Shown here in pieces: positions 28,538-37,370 of a DNA stretch of 64,000 nt. This DNA comes from a virus (lineage: Duplodnaviria; Caudoviricetes), in the IMG/VR virus record IMGVR_UViG_2795385551_000010, positions 1 to 64,000 of that record. One strand, 5' to 3'. Position 1 is the first letter of the stretch. Each line of letters begins with the position of its first letter. A program made the position numbers and the translations under genes. The notes under the pieces are model-generated. The model did not search any database and was not told where the DNA came from. It saw only the letters and a program-made list of their open reading frames with translations.

Positions 28538-28676
28538 CCGTTCCGAATCTCTCCGGGGTACCCACAACGCGTGTCGCGTTGGGAGCTCGCCCAGCTTAGG
28601 GCACAACTGCCTCAGAACCCAAACCGGATAACCTCGGTGCTCGCGCGCACACTCGACCAGTATCCTGTCTCGGCAC

Positions 28677-28717
28677 GCCCCTATAGCTCAGTTGGTAGAG
28701 CTACGGACTTTTAATCC
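28677..28717 (+). pseudogene. 5' half of tRNA-Lys(TTT); prophage att junction
   Basis: GCCCCTATAGCTCAGTTGGTAGAGCTACGGACTTTTAATCC then no T-arm or 3' acceptor strand; AGTATCATC repeats at 28785 and 28797 look like arm sites. Confidence 0.88.
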
Positions 28718-29204
28718 ACGGGCCAGGGGTTACGCGCGACGTAACCATGCAGGTAGAGGCATCGCAGACGCTAAGCGCGTCGCCAGTATCATCAGAAGTA
28801 TCATCTATCGGCCCCTGGCGCCCAGGTAGAGCCGGGTTTTATACCCACAGCGACACGCGCGAGTCAAGGATCACCCTCTAAGACTTTCATTAGAATTTCT
28901 CTTAGAGTTTGTGAGTGTTCCCCCCAAATCCGGAGCATATAAATAGGACCATCGCGGCACGCGCCCTAACCGGCAGACACAAAGTGGCTGACGGCCTAGC
29001 GCACCGGCTGGGGCGCGCAATCAGTAAACGACACACGCACGCAAACAGACACATGCGATGCCAAGTCAGAAAACAAACAACATCTTCTCCCGGATACAAA
29101 CGGAACCACCTACGCAACGTAAGAGAACAGAACAACCAAACAACTGGTCAGGTAGCCGGGTACGGTACTAAAACAGAAACATCAACAGCTTTCAGAGTTT
29201 CCAC

Positions 29205-29235
29205 TTGACAAGCGGATCTGAAAAATGCTTAACAT
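29205..29235 (+). promoter_or_regulatory. SigA-like promoter for lsr2
   Basis: TTGACA-N19-TAACAT in an AT-rich tract. Confidence 0.55.
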
Positions 29236-29274
29236 GTACACGCCACGTACCCCACACCCCGAAAGGCAACTGAC

Positions 29275-29700
29275 ATGGCACGCAAGACCACCGTCACACT
29301 CATTGACGACATTGACGAAAACCGCACCGCAGACGAAACCGTTGAATTCGGTATCGACGGCATCACCTACGAAATTGATCTTGCAAACGTGAACGCTGAA
29401 AAGCTGCGCAAGCAGATCGAAGAATGGGCACAGCACGCACGCCGCGTGAGCGGACGCTACCGCCGTGGCTCCGGCACCGGCCGACGCGGAGCAGGCAAGA
29501 TGGATCGCGAGCAGAGCGCCGCAATTCGCGCTTGGGCAGCCAAGAACGGACACAAGGTGTCCACCCGTGGCCGCATCCCCGAGGAAGTCGTAAACGCCTA
29601 TAACAGCGGTGAGGCTGCACCAGCAGCCGAGACCAAACAGCGCGCACCGCGCAAGCCCAAGACTGCGGAGGAAAACGCTCCGGAGCCTGTGAACTCCTAA
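29275..29700 (+). CDS. lsr2: Lsr2 nucleoid-associated protein / xenogeneic silencer
   Basis: [14 protein letters not shown]...YEIDL...AIRAWA...VSTRGRIP (RGR AT-hook). Confidence 0.96.
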   Translation: MARKTTVTLIDDIDENRTADETVEFGIDGITYEIDLANVNAEKLRKQIEEWAQHARRVSGRYRRGSGTGRRGAGKMDREQSAAIRAWAAKNGHKVSTRGRIPEEVVNAYNSGEAAPAAETKQRAPRKPKTAEENAPEPVNS

Positions 29701-29733
29701 CCGTGGTGGGTTAGGTGGTTGGTACGGGAAAGG

Positions 29734-29765
29734 ACCGGGAGTCAGCCTAAAAATTGGCTCCCGGT
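29734..29765 (+). terminator. Hairpin after lsr2
   Basis: ACCGGGAGTCA/TGGCTCCCGGT stem. Confidence 0.5.
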
Positions 29766-29796
29766 TCAATCTCTCTAATAACCTAAGGAGGTAGAA

Positions 29797-30522
29797 ATGC
29801 AACCCGTTATCGTCGGTGAAATTGGGTCCACAGCCCACGGACTAGGAACACCCGAATCCGATCACGACTACATCGGCCTCTACCTCGACCCACCCGAAAG
29901 CCTTATCGGACACAAACCAGAACAAGGCGCAGTCCGCGACCGCGATAAGCCCGAGGGCATCAAGTCAGAGGCCGGAGACTCGGAAGTTACTTATTACGGG
30001 CTGCGTAAATACATTCGGCTAGTCACCGACGGAAACCCAACAGTGATGACGCTCCTGTTTACTCCGGTCCTTAAAGTCGCAGACAAGATCGGGCTACAGA
30101 AAGTCCGTGACATGTTCTTGTCACGTAAGCTCGCGGCCCGTCATATCGGGTACGCCGACAGCATGTACGCCCGGCTAACCGGCCAGCGCGCGCCGCGCAC
30201 AAACCGGCCAGAACTGATCGCAAAGCACGGATACGACACCAAGGCCGCGTTCCATGCGCTCCGGCTGCTCATACAGGGCCACGAGATGCTTACCGAGCAG
30301 ACGATGACTATGCCCATGGTCGACCGGGAGCGGAACTACCTACTCGACATTCGTCACGGCAGGGTGCCAGAGGCGGAAGTGTTGGGGGCGATTGATCACT
30401 ACCGGGACCAGCTCGTCACTGCCGAGGACAAGTCACCATTGCCGCCCGAGCCGGACTACGCCAAGATCAATGGCTGGCTGATCACAGCCCACGCCCAACA
30501 TTGGTCAGGAGAATCCACGTGA
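29797..30522 (+). CDS. Pol-beta superfamily nucleotidyltransferase (PF10127/RlaP-like)
   Basis: GSTAHGLGTPESDHD (GS...DxD), GNPT, YDTKAAFHALRLL; AAGGAGG SD. Confidence 0.85.
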   Translation: MQPVIVGEIGSTAHGLGTPESDHDYIGLYLDPPESLIGHKPEQGAVRDRDKPEGIKSEAGDSEVTYYGLRKYIRLVTDGNPTVMTLLFTPVLKVADKIGLQKVRDMFLSRKLAARHIGYADSMYARLTGQRAPRTNRPELIAKHGYDTKAAFHALRLLIQGHEMLTEQTMTMPMVDRERNYLLDIRHGRVPEAEVLGAIDHYRDQLVTAEDKSPLPPEPDYAKINGWLITAHAQHWSGEST

Positions 30523-30839
30523 GTCCCCGTATCTTTGCTGCACTCGTCGGCGCGGTCCTCGTCGTTGTCGGCATTGGCTTAGCTTGGTACGAGCCGTCCG
30601 TTTCGGCGGGCGGGCACACGATTCAATGTGGAACACTCCGTCACCCAGATACTCCCGGCGCGTGGGCCGCAACCCAAGCATCACGTCAATACGGCGGTAC
30701 CGCGACCGATTACAGCGCCCTGTGTGCATCGAAACGTGAAACCGTACAGTTTGCGGTGTATGGGCTAGCGGGTGTCGGGATCTTGGTTCTCATCGGGGCG
30801 GGATTCATTCGCACCCGGCAACCTGCGTCAACCGAATAG
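30519..30839 (+). CDS. Small 2-TM membrane protein
   Basis: GTGA overlap; two TMs flanking a loop with two Cys. Confidence 0.75.
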   Translation: MSPRIFAALVGAVLVVVGIGLAWYEPSVSAGGHTIQCGTLRHPDTPGAWAATQASRQYGGTATDYSALCASKRETVQFAVYGLAGVGILVLIGAGFIRTRQPASTE

Positions 30840-30852
30840 CCGCAGATAAAGT

Positions 30853-30896
30853 CCAGCGGGCCGGGAAAGGCGTCCAAACCCAAACCGGCCCGCTGG
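30853..30896. terminator. Inverted repeat
   Basis: CCAGCGGGCCGG-N20-CCGGCCCGCTGG. Confidence 0.55.
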
Positions 30897-31072
30897 GGTT
30901 ACGACCTACCAACCACGGAAGGCGTACCAGGGACGGTACACCATTTTGCCGGACCTAGTAGGTACTAAGACTTAAGCGATTTCTGTAATGACGTTCTACC
31001 CGTAGGCACGCGGACGGCCACGATGCTAGGCTGCGGCAAACAATCGTGATCAACGTCACCGGGAGAATCGCC

Positions 31073-31378
31073 ATGGACGGACTGAGAGCAGACATCCCAG
31101 AGCTGCGCTTGCACGGCAACCGGCTGGCCGAAGCCGCTACCGACCTAAGCGACGGCCACAAGCGAGTCCACCAAGACGTAGCCGACATCGCGGAAGGCTT
31201 CTCAGGCGGTCCAGCATTCGCCGCCATAAACGCCCTGGTAGAAGACTGGGAGCACGAGACCAAGGCCCACCACGAAAACCTGCAAAGTGAAAGCTACCGG
31301 CACACGCTCGGTGCCAGTAAGTACGAAAACCAAGACTTGCAATCCGCGCAGGACATTAAGTCGGCCAATCCACAGTAG
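31073..31378 (+). CDS. WXG100-like type VII secretion substrate
   Basis: 101-aa helical hairpin, central FSG in place of WxG, C-terminal YENQD (YxxxD/E). Confidence 0.85.
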   Translation: MDGLRADIPELRLHGNRLAEAATDLSDGHKRVHQDVADIAEGFSGGPAFAAINALVEDWEHETKAHHENLQSESYRHTLGASKYENQDLQSAQDIKSANPQ

Positions 31379-31387
31379 GGGGAATCC

Positions 31388-33640
31388 ATGACGGGGCTAA
31401 GTTTGAGGCAGGGGCAGAAGTTCCCCGAGCTGATCCACCAATTCGGGCAAGCCGCACAGAAGCGCGCAATGCACACCGGCAACGCAGCCGACGAGGCAGC
31501 GGCAATTAAGAACGCATCGACTTGGGAGGGCGAGGGCGGCGAGGCTGCGCGCGAGGCTCTTGGGCGGCACATAACCACATTCGACGCCTCCAAGGTCAAA
31601 GACAACGAGCTGGCCATAGCCGCGTGGGCGGCTGAGCTACGTGCTACCGAGGTTGCGAAACACATTCACGAGGCAGTGGAGTTCGCGGAGTCCGGGTCTT
31701 ACCCGTGCCATGTGGACGAAGATACCAACACGGTAAGCCCGCCGAAATACAGCGACACATGGGGCAAGGAAGAGCGCGCCGCCGCAGACAAGCATTACGT
31801 CGACTCCCAGAACCGCATATTGCAGGTCGTTGCCGAGCTGGAAGAAGCGAACATGGAGTTCGCCAACGCCATCAAGGCGGGCACGGGCGGCGAGATTCCA
31901 CCAGGGGTCAAAGAAGGCTCTGAGGACGCCCAGGCCGTCAAGAAAGCGCTTGCCGAGGGTAAGCCGCCACCCGCAGAAGTTCTCGACCGCATGAAGCAGA
32001 TAACCGACCTAAGCCCAGAACAGAAAAAGGCTTGGGAGGCCGGGAAGCTCACCATCCCGCAGTCATCAATGGACTACCTGAATTCGTTCTCCCGTTCCAT
32101 GGACGGCCAGAACATTCAGCAGCTTAAAGACATGATGCTTAACAAGGTTCCCGAATCGGACGCCCGGAACATGATGAACGGCTTCCAGATGATTGGCGAC
32201 CCCAAGGTGCAAGCCCCCGGCAAGGACGGGATGCCCCGAATGCAAGGTAGTTTCGACCGCCTGCCGGACGGCATCAAGAACGTAGCGGCCAACACCCCGA
32301 AACTCGACAGCCGCGCCAACGCGGTGCAGTTCCAAGACCAGCTCGCCGACCGCAAGGATCTAGCAGCGATCATGGCAAAGGGTAGTTCGGACTTCATGCA
32401 CGGATCACCCCTTGACCACGCGGTGTTAAAGCAGGCCAGCGAGCTTCTCGACAAGATGCCCGAGAAGACTTGGAGTTCCGGCGACGGGGCAATATCCGGC
32501 CCAATTAAGGACTCTCGTGAAGCAATCCAATCCATGCTATCGGCTGCGGGGCGCGATAATATCGCGGCTCACGATCTAGTTGCAGGTGTCGATGGGAGTA
32601 AGCCCAATGACAAGTTCATTGGCGAACTACTTAAACAAGACTGGAATGACGGCGGCGCAGGTGCCGGGGCTCTTGCACATGGAGTTTCCGATGTTGCTAA
32701 CGATCCAACCCAGGCCGGAGCCGCGCAGCGGGCCGGAGAGACAATTCACGCCTTCGATCAGTATATCGGTAACCACGGCAAGGAACTTTCCGAAATTCCG
32801 TTCCATAACACTGACAAGGTTTTCCTTCCGGACGAAAAAGCCACATTCGCCGAACTAAACCCAGAATTGGCTAAGGAACTCGGACATGCTAACGAGCACT
32901 TTACCGACGATATGGTCGGAAAGAACCTCGACAACACACGCGGGTTCAGCCCTCTCGACACAATGCAGAACGGCCAACCACTTGATCAAAACATGCCACA
33001 TACCCGCGACTTACTGGGAACCTTAGAAGGAAATTCGGACGCGGCTAAGGCATTGCATGGTTCTGTGGATCAGAACGTGTTGGCTTACCAGGATAAGTAC
33101 GCGCACTCAATCTCGGAAGGCCCCCGCCCGGATACTCAATCCTTAATAGCAGGAGGGCGTTTGCAAGGGCTTGATGATGTTGGCTCTGCGATGGCCAATG
33201 CCCAAGACGGTCGGCTTGACTACAAGAATGCGATGGACGCCTACCAAAGCAAAGCCGATGCTTTCGATCTGCTTAAAAAAGCGGGCGGTGAGATACCGCA
33301 GGTCAAGGACGTACTGGATAACATCGGCCGGATGCCGGGCGGCGACAATATGCTAAAAGACATGCTACTGGGTAAGCCGCCAGAACAGTTCATAGACTCG
33401 CATATTCCCGTCAAGGACACCAACGCAATCCAGTACCACATCGCGCAGCAATTATTCGAACAAGGATATGGAAACAGGAGCGTATTTCCAGATGGCTTCC
33501 CAAGCTACGGGGACTCATCAGGCGACACTATGAACCGCATACGCGAGTATCTTGGAACCGGTATTAGCGAAAATATCGACAAGTGGGGTGACGCATACAG
33601 GGACGCATTACCCCATACGCCGAACCAATTTGGACGCTAG
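31388..33640 (+). CDS. Large ESX-secreted effector / polymorphic toxin-like protein
   Basis: N-terminal TWEGEGGEAA WxG domain and long helical body; between a WXG100 gene and a lipoprotein gene. Confidence 0.8.
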   Translation: MTGLSLRQGQKFPELIHQFGQAAQKRAMHTGNAADEAAAIKNASTWEGEGGEAAREALGRHITTFDASKVKDNELAIAAWAAELRATEVAKHIHEAVEFAESGSYPCHVDEDTNTVSPPKYSDTWGKEERAAADKHYVDSQNRILQVVAELEEANMEFANAIKAGTGGEIPPGVKEGSEDAQAVKKALAEGKPPPAEVLDRMKQITDLSPEQKKAWEAGKLTIPQSSMDYLNSFSRSMDGQNIQQLKDMMLNKVPESDARNMMNGFQMIGDPKVQAPGKDGMPRMQGSFDRLPDGIKNVAANTPKLDSRANAVQFQDQLADRKDLAAIMAKGSSDFMHGSPLDHAVLKQASELLDKMPEKTWSSGDGAISGPIKDSREAIQSMLSAAGRDNIAAHDLVAGVDGSKPNDKFIGELLKQDWNDGGAGAGALAHGVSDVANDPTQAGAAQRAGETIHAFDQYIGNHGKELSEIPFHNTDKVFLPDEKATFAELNPELAKELGHANEHFTDDMVGKNLDNTRGFSPLDTMQNGQPLDQNMPHTRDLLGTLEGNSDAAKALHGSVDQNVLAYQDKYAHSISEGPRPDTQSLIAGGRLQGLDDVGSAMANAQDGRLDYKNAMDAYQSKADAFDLLKKAGGEIPQVKDVLDNIGRMPGGDNMLKDMLLGKPPEQFIDSHIPVKDTNAIQYHIAQQLFEQGYGNRSVFPDGFPSYGDSSGDTMNRIREYLGTGISENIDKWGDAYRDALPHTPNQFGR

Positions 33641-33663
33641 TCAATCACTGGGTACCATAAGCC

Positions 33664-34425
33664 ATGCTCGGGAGATGGGTTGCGGCAACAGTGGCGAGTC
33701 TGTGCCTTATCGTCGGATGCTCACATGGGGAACCCCCAGCTCCAGCATCCGCATTTCTCAACTGGCCGAGTGCCCTCAATGATTTTCGATTCCGCTGGAC
33801 CGCCGAACCGGGCATTGACTTAACTACCGCACCCGCTGTAATTATGCGCGCTTACATCGAGTCTTGGGATATCGGACGTCTGACCAGAACCCCTCCCGCC
33901 CAGCTCTATCCCGGTTTCGATCAGTCGGTCGCCGCAGGTGACAGGGACAATCAACTGCGGCCAGAGCAGACCGAAGAAGCGTGGAGTAAATTACCCAGCA
34001 CTGGCCCATTTTTTGGCAATGGCTACATTCATATTCTCGAAATAAATCACACGGATAATCAGTACAGCGCGTACATCTGCGAAGGCATGTACAACGTTTT
34101 CTACCCTGCGCCCGATAAAACTGGTAAGTTCCACGCGCTGCCTACGTCTCCATTCGTAAGACTAGTTGAATTTAGCAAGCATGGAGATTACCCAAGGATG
34201 GCACCGCAGCAGGGACCGCTACCCGCTCCCATTGAAGACGTGTTCAACGGTTGGCAGATCGACAAGATAAGTTCCGTGGTCAACATGGCTGACAGTTTGC
34301 AATTCCGATGCGATGGCAGCATGCCCCACAACGCACGTCAGCGAAAACAAATATCTGACACCGTACTCGACTCGCCCCCTAAAGCCGAGCCTGCCGTACC
34401 AGGATGGCCCAATGACTCAAGATGA
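33664..34425 (+). CDS. Lipoprotein, candidate immunity protein
   Basis: Signal peptide with lipobox IVG-C; follows the effector. Confidence 0.8.
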   Translation: MLGRWVAATVASLCLIVGCSHGEPPAPASAFLNWPSALNDFRFRWTAEPGIDLTTAPAVIMRAYIESWDIGRLTRTPPAQLYPGFDQSVAAGDRDNQLRPEQTEEAWSKLPSTGPFFGNGYIHILEINHTDNQYSAYICEGMYNVFYPAPDKTGKFHALPTSPFVRLVEFSKHGDYPRMAPQQGPLPAPIEDVFNGWQIDKISSVVNMADSLQFRCDGSMPHNARQRKQISDTVLDSPPKAEPAVPGWPNDSR

Positions 34426-34756
34426 CGAAGATAGCGAGACGAAAGCGGAGCCTGCCGATAGTGCCCCCTGGTGGGTGATAGCTATATGCTTCAATGCCAT
34501 CAGCTTCGTTACACTCGGTGTTGGGTTTACTTCCGTCCAATTCGCCAAAAAATACTTCCCCTCTGACTACGCAGAATTTCCGTCAGCTCTGGGTGGCATC
34601 TGTGTCTTTATTGGGCGTGTTATCGCCGTCGCGGGATTTGTAATCGCAGTTTCGTGCCTAAATAAAAAGACGGCCTCAAAGGGCCTGCTATATGTCTATT
34701 TTGCATCGGCAGCCGCGCTAGCCCTATTCTGGTGGATACGGCACAGCGCGTCCTAA
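34412..34756 (+). CDS. 3-TM membrane protein
   Basis: Overlaps the lipoprotein stop; three hydrophobic helices; visibly low GC. Confidence 0.7.
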   Translation: MTQDDEDSETKAEPADSAPWWVIAICFNAISFVTLGVGFTSVQFAKKYFPSDYAEFPSALGGICVFIGRVIAVAGFVIAVSCLNKKTASKGLLYVYFASAAALALFWWIRHSAS

Positions 34757-34861
34757 AGTTCTTCCCATCCCTGGTAAGCTATTAGTCGCAGGCTGGGCGG
34801 TAACCAACATACCCCCCGGTTGTGTCCTAACCCGTCCAGCCTGCCCAAGACACAAAAAAAA

Positions 34862-34918
34862 TCGGGCGGGCTAGTGCACCCTTGGGGAAACCAAAAAGGG
34901 AAACACTAACCCGCCCGA
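34862..34918 (-). terminator. Intrinsic terminator of the late operon
   Basis: TCGGGCGGGCTAGTG/CACTAACCCGCCCGA stem followed by a T-run on the - strand. Confidence 0.7.
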
Positions 34919-34935
34919 AGACTTTATAACTCACG

Positions 34936-35202
34936 CTAAGCAGCCTTAGCCGCCTTAGCATCACTTAGCTCAATCAACCGTTTCACATCATCAAATCTGA
35001 AACCCGACCATGACCACGTGGCACCATCGCCGCAATCAACCACCACCACCGGAAACGCCGAATACCCGTCAGCCTTAAACCGCTCCACCTGCTCAGCAGA
35101 CGCAACCACCGAAACATACTCGATACCGTTCTTATCCAACTGACGCTTAGTAGTCGAACACGCCACACACGGCACGTCCGGTGAATAAATAGTTACCTCC
35201 AA
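34936..35202 (-). CDS. NrdH-like glutaredoxin
   Basis: VTIYS...CVAC..TKRQL...FPVVVV...WSGFR. Confidence 0.9.
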   Translation of the reverse strand: MEVTIYSPDVPCVACSTTKRQLDKNGIEYVSVVASAEQVERFKADGYSAFPVVVVDCGDGATWSWSGFRFDDVKRLIELSDAKAAKAA

Positions 35203-35618
35203 AGCTCTAGTTCCTTTTCCAATCCTCGCTCACGCATCCACCTATCGCGGAACTCAAGAAAAGGCACATGACGTTCATACGACCACCCGTGAGCAGCCGC
35301 CTTTAACTCGTACCTGTGATGCCATTCCTGATCCGACAACATATACGCGAAATAGCATTCGTCCCGATACAGCAGTGACCGCACACGCCCGTCAAGGTGA
35401 ACCACCTGGCGCTTAAGAATGTCTGCCTCTGCCTTAGTCAGCGCGCGCCGAGCCCGAATGAATTTACCAATCGGACCCAGCGCCCTACTGAATGATTCCG
35501 AAGTCAACGCCAGGAAACGGACACAAAGCCAGATAAGCAACAACAAAGCAGCCAAGCACGCCACCAGGGGCCAATGCCCTAAATGGCTGCTCAGCAGCTC
35601 AGCCAAATCCGCCCCCAC
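35193..35618 (-). CDS. Membrane protein in the lysis cassette
   Basis: One N-terminal TM; position after the holin-like gene. Confidence 0.75.
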   Translation of the reverse strand: MGADLAELLSSHLGHWPLVACLAALLLLIWLCVRFLALTSESFSRALGPIGKFIRARRALTKAEADILKRQVVHLDGRVRSLLYRDECYFAYMLSDQEWHHRYELKAAAHGWSYERHVPFLEFRDRWMRERGLEKELELWR

Positions 35619-35628
35619 TGACTACCCC

Positions 35629-35847
35629 CTAGCCGGACGTGTCGTCGGTAGAGTCGATCAACTCCGCAACGCTCGGATTAGTCAGATACAAATGCAGCGC
35701 CTTAGCTGCCAATCCGACCGCCGCAATCGCCCCCGCCAACTGCGCTGGCAAACCGGCCGGCACTGCTGCTACCAGCACCAATGCCGCTCCCAGCACAATC
35801 ACCGCAGTCTTGCGTAGCTCCGATGGCTTACGACCAAATACCTTCAC
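35629..35847 (-). CDS. Putative holin
   Basis: 72 aa, two TMs, downstream of the lysins. Confidence 0.65.
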   Translation of the reverse strand: MKVFGRKPSELRKTAVIVLGAALVLVAAVPAGLPAQLAGAIAAVGLAAKALHLYLTNPSVAELIDSTDDTSG

Positions 35848-36261
35848 TTACTCCCCCTTATCGTCATCCTTGCCCTGCGAACGCCGTCCCCGCACGTTCG
35901 TCTTATCGGCCACCGGCTCAACCAGCGCCGACAACTCTGCACCCAGCACCTCAAGCACCTTGCTTGCCGTAGTCGATGCGCCGCCCGGCTCAACATGGAC
36001 CCGGAAGCTTGCGGCCGGATGCAACCGGGCAGCCGCCAGCGCCGCCCGAACCGCCGCCACGGTGTGCACCCAGTTCGTGCCGTCGACCAGCACCACAACC
36101 GCGATCTCTTTCAACTTCCCCGTGTCCGCAGCATGCTTAGCCCACGCATAGTTCAATGCGAAATGCTTATCGACCCTCCGGCCAACAGCCGCCAGAATCG
36201 CAACCTTATCGCCGTCATACGAGTCATCGAGCGGACTAATCTGCTCGTCATAAACCAACAA
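35848..36261 (-). CDS. Hypothetical phage protein
   Basis: TTG start after AAAGGGG; fills the gap between lysB and the holin. Confidence 0.6.
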   Translation of the reverse strand: MLVYDEQISPLDDSYDGDKVAILAAVGRRVDKHFALNYAWAKHAADTGKLKEIAVVVLVDGTNWVHTVAAVRAALAAARLHPAASFRVHVEPGGASTTASKVLEVLGAELSALVEPVADKTNVRGRRSQGKDDDKGE

Positions 36262-36272
36262 CTGTTTCCCCT

Positions 36273-37370
36273 TTAAGTTCGCACAGGGACACTCGCAACA
36301 ATGTCCTTCATGTGCTGTAGTGCGATCTGCCAACAATCCCGAGGATCGCCGTCAACCGGATGAATAAACTGATACGTCGTATGCGGGCTCACACCCTTAA
36401 CAACAAAGAACTCCAAAGCATCCCACGCCGCATCAAACGCGCCCTTAGCCTCATGCCACGACGGACTAGTAACCAGATCAAAAACCTGCTTACCGAGATT
36501 CAAGGGATTACCTGTATTCACGATATCCCAGATAGCCCGCATGTCAGCCAGCTTGTCCGCACTCGATCCAGCCTTATTCAGCTTGGAATACAAGTCATCG
36601 CCCGACGAACCCTCCATAGCCTTATCGGCCGCGAAATCCCAATGCTCGACCGGCGTATCATGCGCGTTAGGAGTAACAATCCCCTCGCCATCCGAATACG
36701 AACAACCAGGGAAAGTATGCCCATGCTCGCGCATCGGATTACCGAACGCAGAGCTGCCCATATAGGTTGCCTTGAACTGCTGTAGATCCCCGTACAGGAC
36801 ACGCATAAGCACCGTCATAAAGACAATGGCACCCATCGAGTAGGCCGTAGCGCACCACGGGAGAACCGTGCAGTTCTCGCCCTTAGGCCCACGCGGCATA
36901 TTCAACTGTCGGATCAGCTCGTTAACGCCGTCCTTAACGCCCCGAGACATCGGCACAGGTGACGTGTCGTACCCGATGGGCTGGTGATAGCACTTGGACT
37001 TGTCCAGCTCCTCACCAATGTCATACGGATATCCCATATCCCACGTCGACCCAGCACCATTAATCGAGAAATGCACAATCGAGATAACCGGTGCGGGCGG
37101 CTGGACAGGTGTCGCCTGAACAACACCCATCCGAACCAACGTCGCATAATTCGCGATACCCGTAGCCTCAATACCTGTACGAGACTGAAACTCCGTGACC
37201 GCAGACTTAGTGGCCTGGTCATAAATACCCGACACCGCAACCGCACCCGTATACGACGGATACTTACGCTTTAACTTGTCCTGAATCTGCCAGATCATTC
37301 CGCCCGGAATAATGTTCCCGGCAGCATCCTTAGGATCAGACATCCCAATTTCATATCCACGCCACGCCAT
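36273..37370 (-). CDS. lysB: Lysin B (PG-binding domain + cutinase-like esterase)
   Basis: GIYD..T..AV..FQ...G...TG PG-binding pattern; AYSMG nucleophile elbow; FGNP. Confidence 0.9.
   Translation of the reverse strand: MAWRGYEIGMSDPKDAAGNIIPGGMIWQIQDKLKRKYPSYTGAVAVSGIYDQATKSAVTEFQSRTGIEATGIANYATLVRMGVVQATPVQPPAPVISIVHFSINGAGSTWDMGYPYDIGEELDKSKCYHQPIGYDTSPVPMSRGVKDGVNELIRQLNMPRGPKGENCTVLPWCATAYSMGAIVFMTVLMRVLYGDLQQFKATYMGSSAFGNPMREHGHTFPGCSYSDGEGIVTPNAHDTPVEHWDFAADKAMEGSSGDDLYSKLNKAGSSADKLADMRAIWDIVNTGNPLNLGKQVFDLVTSPSWHEAKGAFDAAWDALEFFVVKGVSPHTTYQFIHPVDGDPRDCWQIALQHMKDIVASVPVRT

Noticed and set aside
28226-28714. 162-aa ORF
   Set aside because: Runs across tRNA genes
28677-28750. Intact tRNA-Lys(TTT)
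   Set aside because: No GTTCGA T-loop or proper 3' acceptor strand after 28717
28902-29208. ORFs upstream of lsr2
   Set aside because: No clear SD or protein-like features; AT-rich regulatory DNA more likely
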